From NCBI GenBank assembly GCA_964455425.1, contig CAYVWG010000001.1:3938-67937 (forward strand): 64,000 nucleotides of DNA. The letters run 5' to 3'. Numbering within the stretch: the first letter of the stretch is position 1; every line of letters begins with the position of its first letter. This document shows positions 27,616-37,031 of the stretch, one piece after another. Both the position numbers and the translations under genes were made by a program. This stretch comes from an uncultured Oscillospiraceae bacterium (lineage in GTDB: Bacteria > Bacillota > Clostridia > Oscillospirales > Oscillospiraceae). A model generated the notes under the pieces. The model was not told the origin of the DNA, ran no database searches, and saw only the letters and a list, made by a program, of their open reading frames with translations.

Positions 27616-28326
27616 TTATTGAAAATTTCCACTCTTTTCTTCCATCCGCCGTTTTCTGCGGGCGATCATTTGGTGTAAACAGGACAGCGCGTCCCCTAAG
27701 CCGCCCAGGCGGTCGATCAGGCCGCATTTCACGGCGTCCTTACCATACAGCACCGTCCCCACATCCGTGGCCATTTTCCCTGTGGCCATCATATAGCCCA
27801 GAAAGGTCTCTCTAGGCACATGGGAGTTTGCCGTGACAAAGTCAACAATCTGGTTTTGTATGCGGTTAAAATACTGGAACGTGGCCGGCGCCCCCACTAC
27901 GATCCCTGTCATGCGCACAGGATGAATGGTCATGCTGGCCGTGGGGACGATCATACATTTTTGAGCCGACACCGCTAAAGGCACGCCAATGGAATGTCCT
28001 CCGCCCAGCACCAAAGACACCGTGGGCTTATGCATGCTGGCCACAAGCTCCGCAATGGCCAGTCCCGCCTCAATATCCCCGCCTACGGTATTGAGCAGCA
28101 GCAGCAACCCGTCGATGTCATCGCTTTCCTCCACCTCCGCCAGCAGGGGCAATACATGCTCATATTTGGTGGTTTTTGTCGTTTCCGGCGCGATTTGGTG
28201 GCCCTCGATCTGCCCAATAATGGTCAGGGTGTAAATATTCCCTTTCTTGCTTTTGGTTAAAGAGCTTCCCAACTCCTTAATCTGCTCCCGCTCTTGCTCC
28301 AGTTTTTCCGTCTCATTGCTTCCCAT
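27616..28326 (-). CDS. ClpP-fold serine protease-like protein (TepA / translocation-enhancing protein-like)
   Basis: IIGQIEGH..., LNTVGGDIEAGLAI and GGGHSIGVPLA are typical of TepA-like ClpP homologues. ATG at 28326 after GGGGAGGAG. Confidence 0.82.
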   Translation of the reverse strand: MGSNETEKLEQEREQIKELGSSLTKSKKGNIYTLTIIGQIEGHQIAPETTKTTKYEHVLPLLAEVEESDDIDGLLLLLNTVGGDIEAGLAIAELVASMHKPTVSLVLGGGHSIGVPLAVSAQKCMIVPTASMTIHPVRMTGIVVGAPATFQYFNRIQNQIVDFVTANSHVPRETFLGYMMATGKMATDVGTVLYGKDAVKCGLIDRLGGLGDALSCLHQMIARRKRRMEEKSGNFQ

Positions 28327-28483
28327 AGTCTGTCTCCTCCCCATGGCGTTTTTGGATCGCCCGGGATCCTCGCCCGGTTTTTCCTATGGTAGTATGTGCA
28401 CACGGCCTGCAATCCATCCGAGAATATTTGCCGCCGGTAAACCGAATATTTTTGTGGACTTTGTCAAAATCGCAGATCTTTCA

Positions 28484-28512
28484 TTGCATCCAAATCAATT
28501 CTGTGCTATGAT
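28484..28512 (+). promoter_or_regulatory. Putative sigma-A promoter with extended -10 for the polysaccharide locus
   Basis: TTGCAT, a 17-nt spacer, TGcTATGAT; about 105-nt leader before the first gene. Confidence 0.55.
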
Positions 28513-28619
28513 ATACAGTAGTTGGCTTGCGGCAAAATGGCAGGATGAACAAGGCCTTTATAGCCTATGCTTTGTTTACCCAAGGCTTTCACAAACTTTT
28601 TATTTTTTAGGATCCGCTT

Positions 28620-29738
28620 ATGAAAATTCTCATTTTGGGACTGGCAAAGCTGAAATACATGCCCTATCTGCATTTTTATCTCGATCACCTAAACTCTCAG
28701 GCAAACGAGCTGCACCTGCTCTATTGGAACCGGGATCTTCAGCCAGAAGACACCCAAGCGCTTACCGGCGTAACTCTCCACGAATTTCGGCGCTACCAGG
28801 AGGACGATGTGCCACCGCTGACAAAGCTTGGCAGCCTTATTGCCTATCGCCGGTTTGCCAAGCAAACCCTTCAGGCGGAAGCGTTTGATTTTTTGATCCT
28901 TCTCCACAGCCTGCCCGGCATACTGATCTTCGATGTGCTGCGCCAGCAATATAGGGACAACTATGTGTTTGACTACCGGGACTCCACCTACGAGTCCTTT
29001 CCGCCCTTTCGATGGATGATCCATTGGCTTTCCCGGCACGCCTATGCCACCTTTACCAGCAGCGACGCTTTCCGCTCCTTTCTTCCCGGCGGCAAAGGCC
29101 ATCCGGTGTATACCTCCCACAATATTCTTCTGGACAGCCTGTCCCACCGGGATCCTCAGCACCCCCGCCATCAGCCGCCAAAGCAGATCCGTTTGGCCTT
29201 CTGGGGCTTTATCCGCCACGAAGAGATCAACCTAGCGCTGATCGACAAGATTGGCGCCGATCCCCGGTTTTCGCTGCATTACTACGGCCGGGAGCAGCAG
29301 GTTGCCCAGCGGCTAAAGCGCTATGTGCAGCAGCATCAGATCGGCAATGTGTTTTTTCACGGAGAATACCGCCCGGAGGATCGCTACGCCTTCGCCCAGC
29401 AAACCGACCTCTTGCACAACCTCTATCAGGATAAGAACACGATGCTGGCCATGGGAAACAAGTATTACGACGGCGCCATCTTCTATCTGCCTCAGCTTTG
29501 CATGAAAGGCTCCTTCATGGCCCAGCAGGCTGCCGAACACGGTATCGGTCTGGCCTGCGATCCTCGGGATGAGGATTTTACTCAGCAGGTGTACCAATAT
29601 TATATTCACCTATCCTGGCCTCAGTTTATCGCAAATTGCGACCAGGAGGTTCAGCGGGTTCTGGCAGAATATCGCCAGGGCTGCCGGCAAATTGAGGGGA
29701 TCAACGATGAACGCAATACAAGCGCAAAACCTACCTAA
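28620..29738 (+). CDS. Putative glycosyltransferase / capsular polysaccharide biosynthesis protein (family uncertain)
   Basis: 372-aa soluble protein at the head of the polysaccharide operon, with a GT-B-like two-lobe layout (N-terminal MKILILG..., C-terminal FHGEY....). Weak assignment. Confidence 0.55.
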   Translation: MKILILGLAKLKYMPYLHFYLDHLNSQANELHLLYWNRDLQPEDTQALTGVTLHEFRRYQEDDVPPLTKLGSLIAYRRFAKQTLQAEAFDFLILLHSLPGILIFDVLRQQYRDNYVFDYRDSTYESFPPFRWMIHWLSRHAYATFTSSDAFRSFLPGGKGHPVYTSHNILLDSLSHRDPQHPRHQPPKQIRLAFWGFIRHEEINLALIDKIGADPRFSLHYYGREQQVAQRLKRYVQQHQIGNVFFHGEYRPEDRYAFAQQTDLLHNLYQDKNTMLAMGNKYYDGAIFYLPQLCMKGSFMAQQAAEHGIGLACDPRDEDFTQQVYQYYIHLSWPQFIANCDQEVQRVLAEYRQGCRQIEGINDERNTSAKPT

Positions 29739-30948
29739 CAGCATCATACGGGGGAAGGGTTCCCCCTTTACAAATAAGTGTTTTTCGGTCTTTCTTGCCC
29801 TGTATCCTCTGCTTTGTCTGTATAAGGCAGTGTTTCGCTTCACTGTGGGGGACGTTCTTTTGTTCCTCTTCTTTTTCCTGGCCATTACCCATCCTGTAGA
29901 GCGGGATCGCCGGTTTGTGCCGGTGGCCTTATTTATCGGCTACGCGTTTATGATCCTGCTGGTTAACCTGGCCTTTGTCCAGCTGAGAGCCACCGATGAT
30001 ATGCCCGTGCTTTTGCTGCGGATCTTAAAGTTTACCTTTTATTTATTCTGTGTGTTTACCTGCGGCAAAACCTTTTTTGACAAGGACATCTTTTTCAAGT
30101 CCATCCTTTTTCTTGGTGTGGCCGCCTGCATTTACATTGTCATACAGTACATCGCCTATTACGTTTTCCACAAGATCCTTCTGGGCTACCCCCAATTTCT
30201 GCCCATCTATCTGGAAAACTATACGGAGCTGAACTATGAGCGGGTATACAGCATCTACTTTCGGCCAAGCTCCTTTTTTCTGGAGCCTGCCCAGTTTAGC
30301 CAGTATGTGGCGGTGCCTTTGGCCATGGTCCTTTTCTCCGACAAGCCGCCTAAAGGCCCTTTCCGCGTGGTATTGGCCGGAGCGTTTACCGCCGGCATCG
30401 TCCTTAGCGCCGCGGGACAAGGGATTTTGTACCTGTTGACTTTGTATGTGATTTTTGGCTTCCGGGCAATTAAGAACAAAACCTTTGCGCTTTGCTTTTT
30501 CTTGGCGGCCCTGCTGATCGCCATTTTCTGCTATCACTACATCCCCGTTGTGCAGATCCCGGTAAGCCGTCTGTTTAATGAAAACGCTACCGGCGCCCGC
30601 TTTGGCAGCTACAGATACGCCGCTGAGCAGCCCTTGCTGTATTCTCTTTTTGGCTGGGGCTACGGCGTTGTGCCCAACACCACATTTATGGCCGGCGCGG
30701 CCTACGTTTGGTACGGCACGGGGCTGATCGGCCTTGTGCTGGCAATTTCCATTTTTATCACGTTCTATTATCACGGCCACACCCTTTTGAGCCACACGCT
30801 TTGCCTTTTGTTCTTTATTATGTTCTTCGGCACCAGCTTGTTTTACAACTACATGGTATTTTGGTATTTCACCCTCATTGCCAACACCTCCAGGCCTAAA
30901 GGAGCGGTTTTACAGCATGAACATCCTCTATATCCTAGGCGCATATAA
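29707..30948 (+). CDS. O-antigen/polysaccharide polymerase (Wzy / O-antigen ligase-like) membrane protein
   Basis: About 10 predicted TM helices with a large loop, in polysaccharide-locus context. ATG at 29707 after GAGGGGA; overlaps the upstream gene. Confidence 0.7.
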   Translation: MNAIQAQNLPNSIIRGKGSPFTNKCFSVFLALYPLLCLYKAVFRFTVGDVLLFLFFFLAITHPVERDRRFVPVALFIGYAFMILLVNLAFVQLRATDDMPVLLLRILKFTFYLFCVFTCGKTFFDKDIFFKSILFLGVAACIYIVIQYIAYYVFHKILLGYPQFLPIYLENYTELNYERVYSIYFRPSSFFLEPAQFSQYVAVPLAMVLFSDKPPKGPFRVVLAGAFTAGIVLSAAGQGILYLLTLYVIFGFRAIKNKTFALCFFLAALLIAIFCYHYIPVVQIPVSRLFNENATGARFGSYRYAAEQPLLYSLFGWGYGVVPNTTFMAGAAYVWYGTGLIGLVLAISIFITFYYHGHTLLSHTLCLLFFIMFFGTSLFYNYMVFWYFTLIANTSRPKGAVLQHEHPLYPRRI

Positions 30949-32185
30949 GCCAAATCCCTCCGCCAATGGGATCTGTTCGGACAATATCATTGCCCAGCTG
31001 CTCCGGGAGGGCAACCGCGTTACGGTGTTGGCCAACGCCGTCCCTGGCTGCCCGGCGCATCAAAAGCCATCAGACCAGCTGGAGATCTACCGGGTAAGGC
31101 AACGGCTCTATCTGCGCATGCAGATGTGGCGCCAGATCCATCAGGCCAAAAAGCCCCGGCTTTGCCGGGCAGTTGGCCACTTGGCCTGGATCATCAACAA
31201 ATGCCAACTGCTACTGACCGCCCCCCTTTGGCCCAAAATCTCTCCAGCTACGGTCCGCCGGTTTTCTCAAGCCGCCGTTGCGCTGGAAAAGGAGCGCCAT
31301 TTTGATATGGTCATTGCCGTGTATAATCCGGTAGAGGCACTTCTGGCCGGCTATGAAGTAAAGCGGCATTCTCCGGGCGTACGCTTCATCCCCTATTTTT
31401 TGGATGCCCTTTCCGGCGGCTATGGGCCAAAAACCTTCTCTCCGGAAAGGATCCGCCGCCAGGGAATGGCGGTGGAGGCCCCCGTGTTTGCCGCCGCCGA
31501 TCAGGTGGTGCTTATGCAGGCCAGCAAGGCCCATTACACCCGGTACTATCCTACCGATAAGCTGCGGTTTTTGGATCTACCCATGCTGGTTCCTCTGCCG
31601 GAAAATGAGCCAAAAGCGTTCTCCGGCAATCGGCCCGTTCGCCTGCTGTATACCGGCACCATCACCAACGGCGTGCGGGATCCCGGCGTCCTAGTAGATA
31701 CGCTACTGCAGTTGCCGCCACAGCACATCGTGTGCGAGGTGGTGGGGAATATACAGTGTCCGGAAAAATTCGCCCCTCTTGCCCAGCATTTGGGGGACAA
31801 TTTTGTGCTGTCTTCCGCCATCGCCCCCGCTCAGCTGCAGAAAAAGCTTGCCGCTGCTGACGTGCTGGTTAACATCGGCAATTTGCTGCCCACCATGGTG
31901 CCCAGCAAGCTGTTTTCCTACATAGCCTATGGCAAGCCCATCATTAGCACCTATGACATCCCGGAGGATTCCTCCCTTCCCTATCTGGCCCGGTATCCGG
32001 CGGCGCTTTTGCTTAGCCGCCAGTCCAGCGCCCAGGAAAATGGAGAAAAGCTGTCGGCGTTTCTCCGGCAGCTGCCCCAGCAGGCCATTGCCTTTGACGA
32101 TTTGAGCGCCCAATTCTATGCCAATACGCCGGAGGCCTTTACTGCCTGCGTTTCCGGCTTGGCGGCAAGGAGCGACGCGATATGA
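30917..32185 (+). CDS. Glycosyltransferase (GT-B fold, GT4/GT1-like)
   Basis: N-terminal MNILYILGAY...ANGI pattern and C-terminal nucleotide-sugar-binding lobe pattern. ATG at 30917 after AAGGAG. Confidence 0.7.
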   Translation: MNILYILGAYKPNPSANGICSDNIIAQLLREGNRVTVLANAVPGCPAHQKPSDQLEIYRVRQRLYLRMQMWRQIHQAKKPRLCRAVGHLAWIINKCQLLLTAPLWPKISPATVRRFSQAAVALEKERHFDMVIAVYNPVEALLAGYEVKRHSPGVRFIPYFLDALSGGYGPKTFSPERIRRQGMAVEAPVFAAADQVVLMQASKAHYTRYYPTDKLRFLDLPMLVPLPENEPKAFSGNRPVRLLYTGTITNGVRDPGVLVDTLLQLPPQHIVCEVVGNIQCPEKFAPLAQHLGDNFVLSSAIAPAQLQKKLAAADVLVNIGNLLPTMVPSKLFSYIAYGKPIISTYDIPEDSSLPYLARYPAALLLSRQSSAQENGEKLSAFLRQLPQQAIAFDDLSAQFYANTPEAFTACVSGLAARSDAI

Positions 32186-33399
32186 CGGAATACTTACAGC
32201 GCGGTGACCCGAAAACCTGTTTTGGCTGCGGCGGCTGCGCCCATATTTGTCCCCAAAGCGCCATTACCATGGTGCCAAATGAGGAAGGGTTTCTCTATCC
32301 CTCCATAAACCCAGCTGCCTGCATCCACTGTGGGCGGTGCAAAGCTGTTTGCCCTTACACTTGTGCCGCCGGGCAGCCCAAAACGCCGCCGCTGCAAGCC
32401 TATGCCGCCCAAAACCGCAAGCCGCAGGCATTAGGCTCCAGCTCTTCCGGCGGGGTGTTTGCCGCCGCAGCCCAAGCAATGTTGGACGCCGGCGGTGCCG
32501 TGTGCGGCTGTCTGCTTGACAACCACCTACAGGCCGTGCATGTGCTCACCCAAGCGCCGGAAACGGTGGCGCAAATGCAAGGTTCAAAGTATGTCCAAAG
32601 CGATTTACGGGAGGTTTATCCCCAAATCCGGCAAAGGCTGGATCGGGGACAGCCTGTGCTCTTTGTCGGCACGCCCTGCCAGGTGGCGGGGCTCAAAGCG
32701 TTTTTGCCGACAGAGCCGGAACATCTGATCACCCTTGACCTGGTGTGTCATGGCGTACCCAGCCCTTGGCTGCTGTCTCAGTATCTTGCCCAGATCGCCA
32801 ATACGAAGGGGCCAGTCCTGCACCTGGCCTTTCGGGACAAGCCCCGTTGGGGTTGGCGCTCTCAAGGCACCATCACCTATGCCCGGGGCGCTAAGATAAA
32901 ATACCGCTCCATCTCCCCCTTTAACAGCAGCTATTATCAGCTGTACTATCACCGCAACTGTGTAAGCCGCATGAGCTGCTACAGTTGTCCCTACGCCTGT
33001 ACCACGCGGGTGGGGGATTTGACTCTGGGTGACTACTGGAACGCCAGGGAAGCGGAGCTAGAAATGGATTGGCAAAAAGGCGTGTCTTTGGTGCTGGCAA
33101 ACACCGCCAAGGGCGAAGCGTTTTTGTCCAAGCTGGCCATAAAGCGTGTGCCGGTCTTACTTGCCCATGCTGTGGCAGGCAACGGCAATCTCTCCCACCC
33201 TGCTCCTATGCCCGAAAGCCGCAAAACCATCTACGCCCAAATGCAAGCGGAGGGATACGCCCCGGTGGCAAAACGCTGCTGCCGCTACCAATATATCCGC
33301 CCCTTTTTGCGCCGTCATATGCCCCAAGGGCTAAAGCGCATGCTCCTACAATGGACAAAGCAGTATAAGAAAACGCCTCAGAAAGGCAACACAACATGA
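32182..33399 (+). CDS. Coenzyme F420 hydrogenase/dehydrogenase beta-subunit-like (FrhB family) protein with N-terminal 2x[4Fe-4S] ferredoxin domain
   Basis: CFGCGGCAHICP and CIHCGRCKAVCP motifs, then an FrhB-like N/C domain pattern. Start overlaps the upstream stop by 4 nt. Confidence 0.82.
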   Translation: MTEYLQRGDPKTCFGCGGCAHICPQSAITMVPNEEGFLYPSINPAACIHCGRCKAVCPYTCAAGQPKTPPLQAYAAQNRKPQALGSSSSGGVFAAAAQAMLDAGGAVCGCLLDNHLQAVHVLTQAPETVAQMQGSKYVQSDLREVYPQIRQRLDRGQPVLFVGTPCQVAGLKAFLPTEPEHLITLDLVCHGVPSPWLLSQYLAQIANTKGPVLHLAFRDKPRWGWRSQGTITYARGAKIKYRSISPFNSSYYQLYYHRNCVSRMSCYSCPYACTTRVGDLTLGDYWNAREAELEMDWQKGVSLVLANTAKGEAFLSKLAIKRVPVLLAHAVAGNGNLSHPAPMPESRKTIYAQMQAEGYAPVAKRCCRYQYIRPFLRRHMPQGLKRMLLQWTKQYKKTPQKGNTT

Positions 33400-34442
33400 A
33401 AATCAGGATCATCACCATTCACCAGATTCCCAATTTTGGCTCGGCTCTGCAAAGCTACGCCCTGTGCCGCTATTTGCAGCGGCAAGGATACACAGACACC
33501 GCGCTGATCGATTACGCCCCGTCATATTTCTTTTCTCTGCGTACCCGGATCGGTCAGGCGCTGAATTTCAAGGCCTACCGCACCCGCACCAAAAAATTTC
33601 AGGCCTTTCACCAAGCCAACACCCCCCTTACCGAAAAGCGGTTTACCCGGCTTTCTCAGCTGCAGCGGTATGCCTTTGACGCCGATGTGTATATTGCCGG
33701 CGGCGACCAGCTGTGGAATGTGTACTATCCGGCAGGGCGGGATCCTGCCTACCGTTTGGCCTTTACCGCGGGAAAAAAGATATCCTATGGCACCAGTATG
33801 GGCCAGTCTCAGTTCCCGGAGGAGGAGCTTTCAGCCTTGGCCAAAACCCTGGAAGAATTTTCCGCCGTCTCTGTGCGGGAGGAGGCTTCCGCCCGGCAGC
33901 TTCGGGAAAAGGGAATTCCGGCAGTACAAAGCGTCGACCCGGTATTCCTTCTGCCGCCGGAAGCCTACCAAAAATTTATCCACCCTGTACCTCAGCCAAG
34001 GTATCTGCTGGTATACCTGGTCACAGCTTCCCCTCTTTTGGAAAAGACCATTGCCTATCTGGCAAAGACCTACCGGCTAAAGGTCATTCTCTGCTCCGGA
34101 TTTACCTGCAAATGTACCTGTGACGCGTTTTTGCGGGATCTTGGCCCGGAGGAGATTCTCAGCTATATTGCCCAGGCGGAAATCGTCCTTTCTTCCTCTT
34201 TTCACGCCACCGCCTTTTCCGTTATGCTGAAAAAGCAGTTTTTCACCATCTTGCCCGATCAGCACACCAACGAACGGATCGAGGATTTTTTGGCCAAGCG
34301 GGGTCTTAGCCACCGCATCATCACGGAGAAGGCCTACCGAGAGGACGCTCTGAGGCAAACCATAGACTATGCCGCTTTGCCCGATTACACGCCTGTGATC
34401 CGGCAGTCCCAGCAGTATTTGCTAAAGGCGTTGACACAATGA
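33396..34442 (+). CDS. Polysaccharide pyruvyl transferase family protein
   Basis: The MKIRIITIH...NFGSALQSYAL start, GGDQLWN, and the C-terminal SSFHATAF motif are typical of the PS_pyruv_trans family. ATGA overlap. Confidence 0.85.
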   Translation: MKIRIITIHQIPNFGSALQSYALCRYLQRQGYTDTALIDYAPSYFFSLRTRIGQALNFKAYRTRTKKFQAFHQANTPLTEKRFTRLSQLQRYAFDADVYIAGGDQLWNVYYPAGRDPAYRLAFTAGKKISYGTSMGQSQFPEEELSALAKTLEEFSAVSVREEASARQLREKGIPAVQSVDPVFLLPPEAYQKFIHPVPQPRYLLVYLVTASPLLEKTIAYLAKTYRLKVILCSGFTCKCTCDAFLRDLGPEEILSYIAQAEIVLSSSFHATAFSVMLKKQFFTILPDQHTNERIEDFLAKRGLSHRIITEKAYREDALRQTIDYAALPDYTPVIRQSQQYLLKALTQ

Positions 34443-35812
34443 TCACCAAATGCAAGCAATGGCTGAAAAACGCCGGAGAAAATGACAAAATCGTCTATAA
34501 AAACGTGCTGGGGGCCTTTCTTGTCAAAGGCGGCGCTCTCTTTGTTACCTTCTATACCCTGCCGTCTTACATGCGCTTTTTCCACAACGATGAGGTGCTG
34601 GGGCTGTGGTATACCATCTTATCCCTGCTCAACTGGATTTTGAACTTTGACCTGGGGATCGGAAACGGCCTGCGCAACTATCTTTCCACTTCCCTGTCCC
34701 TGGGGCAAAAGGAGCAGACCCAGCGATACATCTCTTCCGCCTACTATGCCATAGGCGCCATTGTTTCGCTGCTTTGCCTGATCTTCCCCATGGCCATAAG
34801 CAAGGTAAATCTCAACGCCCTTTTTCGCGTTTCGTCTACCCGCGTCTCTCCCCGCGCGCTGTATGCGGCAGTGGTTATTGTGTTTATCGGCGTGATGGTG
34901 CAGTTTTGGCTAAAGCTGATTAACGCTGTGCTGTACGCGCTGCAAAAATCCTCGGTAAACAATTTTTTGGTGCTTTGCACCAATGTACTCATCCTGCTGT
35001 GCACAAGGCTGCTCCCTTCCGGCAGCAATGATCAAAACATCATCGTCATGGCCATTGTCCATGCCTTGGCCGTGGCACTGCCCCTTCTGGTTGCCTCTAT
35101 TTTGATCTTTTGCGGCAAGCTGCGCTATGCCGTTCCCCGGCTGAAATTTCTTTCCTGGGCCTATGTCAAGCGCGTGCTTTCCTTAGGCGGCATATTTTTC
35201 TTTGTGCAAATTGCCTATATGGTCATTATGAGCACCAATGAGTTTTTGATCACCCACACCGCAGGCAACGCTTATAATGTGGACTATCAGGCCTATTACA
35301 AGCTGTTTTCCCTGGGCAGCACTGTGTTTGCCCTGGCCCTTACCCCAATTTGGTCGGTCATCACCAAAGCCAAAGCGGAAAAGCAAATCGGTTGGATTAA
35401 GCGTACCTACCACCGGTTTATGCTGCTGGCCGGTGTGTTTTGCCTGGGAGAGCTTTTGCTGGTGCTGGTGCATCAACCGTTCATGCGCATCTGGCTTGGC
35501 GCAGACGGCATGCCCCAGGTTAGCTATTTCAGCGCCGGGCTATTTAGCGTTTTGGGCTGTGCCATGATCTTAAACAGCGTACTTTCCAGCGTAGCCAACG
35601 GAATCGGCAGGCTGAAAACACAGGCCGTGTGCTTTGGCATCGGCGCTGTGCTAAAGGTTCCCCTGTCCTATCTTTTGGTCAAGCTTCTTGGCTCGTGGAA
35701 TGGCGTTGTTCTTGCCAACATCCTTTGCATGGGGATCTACTGTCTGATCCAGCCGCTGTATATGCGGCGCTTCTGGCAAACCGCCGCAAAGGATGACGAA
35801 GGCAATCCTTAA
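34439..35812 (+). CDS. Oligosaccharide flippase (Wzx, MOP superfamily)
   Basis: 457 aa, about 12-14 TM helices, polysaccharide-locus context. ATGA overlap. Confidence 0.82.
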   Translation: MITKCKQWLKNAGENDKIVYKNVLGAFLVKGGALFVTFYTLPSYMRFFHNDEVLGLWYTILSLLNWILNFDLGIGNGLRNYLSTSLSLGQKEQTQRYISSAYYAIGAIVSLLCLIFPMAISKVNLNALFRVSSTRVSPRALYAAVVIVFIGVMVQFWLKLINAVLYALQKSSVNNFLVLCTNVLILLCTRLLPSGSNDQNIIVMAIVHALAVALPLLVASILIFCGKLRYAVPRLKFLSWAYVKRVLSLGGIFFFVQIAYMVIMSTNEFLITHTAGNAYNVDYQAYYKLFSLGSTVFALALTPIWSVITKAKAEKQIGWIKRTYHRFMLLAGVFCLGELLLVLVHQPFMRIWLGADGMPQVSYFSAGLFSVLGCAMILNSVLSSVANGIGRLKTQAVCFGIGAVLKVPLSYLLVKLLGSWNGVVLANILCMGIYCLIQPLYMRRFWQTAAKDDEGNP

Positions 35813-35825
35813 AGGAGGCGAAACC

Positions 35826-37031
35826 ATGCAAAACATCCTTGACAACGGGCTGCTGCAGCTGATCAAAAGCGCCCTTACCGGCAAAGCTTGTCCTTTGCCA
35901 GATACTTTTGACCTGGCAACCACTACCGCCCTGGCCAAAGCCCACAATGTGCTTGTTATGTGTTATTATGGCGCGATCAACTGCGGCATTTCTCCTGACA
36001 CACCGGATATGGCGACCATGTTTGACCTGGTTTGCCAGTGTATTTTAGTGCAGTCTCGGCAGGAACAGATCCTTTCAACCATATATCAGGCGTTTGACCG
36101 ACAGCATGTGGATTATCTGCCCCTCAAGGGCGCCATATTACGGGATCTGTATCCCGCCCCGGAAATGCGGGTAATGGGCGATGTGGACATTCTCATTCGC
36201 CAAGAGCAATATCCCCAAATCGCCCAGTTGATGGAAGAAAGCGGCTTTACCCCGGGGGATATTTCGCCCCATGAGTTTAAGTGGTATATGGACACTCTGT
36301 GTGTGGAGCTGCACAGCCACATCATTTCCCCCCGCTGCACGGATCTGTATCCCTACTGGCAGGATCCGTGGGCAAAGGCCATAGGCGGCCCTTCTGCCCA
36401 TCAATACGCCTTATCTTGTGAGGACAATCTGCTTTATCTAATTACCCACCTGGCCATCCATTATCGGTCAGGCGGCATTGGATTAAAGCATATTACTGAT
36501 ATTTGGCTCTATTTGCAGGCCTATCCGGCAATGGATAAAAACTACCTTCATGCCCAGCTGGAAACGCTGGGACTGCTGACATTTTACCAGCACATTACCC
36601 ACCTGCTTTGCGTTTGGTTTGCAGGAGAAAAAGAGGATGCGCTTACGCAAACCAGCATGGCATACATTTTAGGCGGCGGAGCCTTTGGCACCTATTCCCG
36701 CAACGTTGTTGCCCAGGGAGTAAAGGCGAAAGCGGAGGGAAATACCACCAAGAGCGCCCGCCGACGGGAACTGAGAAAGCTGTTTTTCCCTTCCTATTCC
36801 AACATGTGCCGCAAATATCCCGCCTTGACCTCCGCGCCGGTATTTCTGCCGTTTTTCTGGCTCCGCCGTCTGCTCACGTTCTTTTCTTTTGACAAAAACA
36901 GAATGTTTAAGCTCAAGGCCGGCTTTCGCAACTTAAAAGCGGGAAGGATCGACCGTTACCAGCAATTTCTCGCACAGGTTGGTTTAAGCTTTGACTTACA
37001 TCCATCAAACACAGAGGTAAAACAACCATGA
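35826..37031 (+). CDS. Nucleotidyltransferase family protein (NTP_transf_5 / PF14907-like)
   Basis: LPLKGAILRDLYP....R.MGDVDILI motif. ATG at 35826 after AAAGGAGG. Confidence 0.72.
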   Translation: MQNILDNGLLQLIKSALTGKACPLPDTFDLATTTALAKAHNVLVMCYYGAINCGISPDTPDMATMFDLVCQCILVQSRQEQILSTIYQAFDRQHVDYLPLKGAILRDLYPAPEMRVMGDVDILIRQEQYPQIAQLMEESGFTPGDISPHEFKWYMDTLCVELHSHIISPRCTDLYPYWQDPWAKAIGGPSAHQYALSCEDNLLYLITHLAIHYRSGGIGLKHITDIWLYLQAYPAMDKNYLHAQLETLGLLTFYQHITHLLCVWFAGEKEDALTQTSMAYILGGGAFGTYSRNVVAQGVKAKAEGNTTKSARRRELRKLFFPSYSNMCRKYPALTSAPVFLPFFWLRRLLTFFSFDKNRMFKLKAGFRNLKAGRIDRYQQFLAQVGLSFDLHPSNTEVKQP

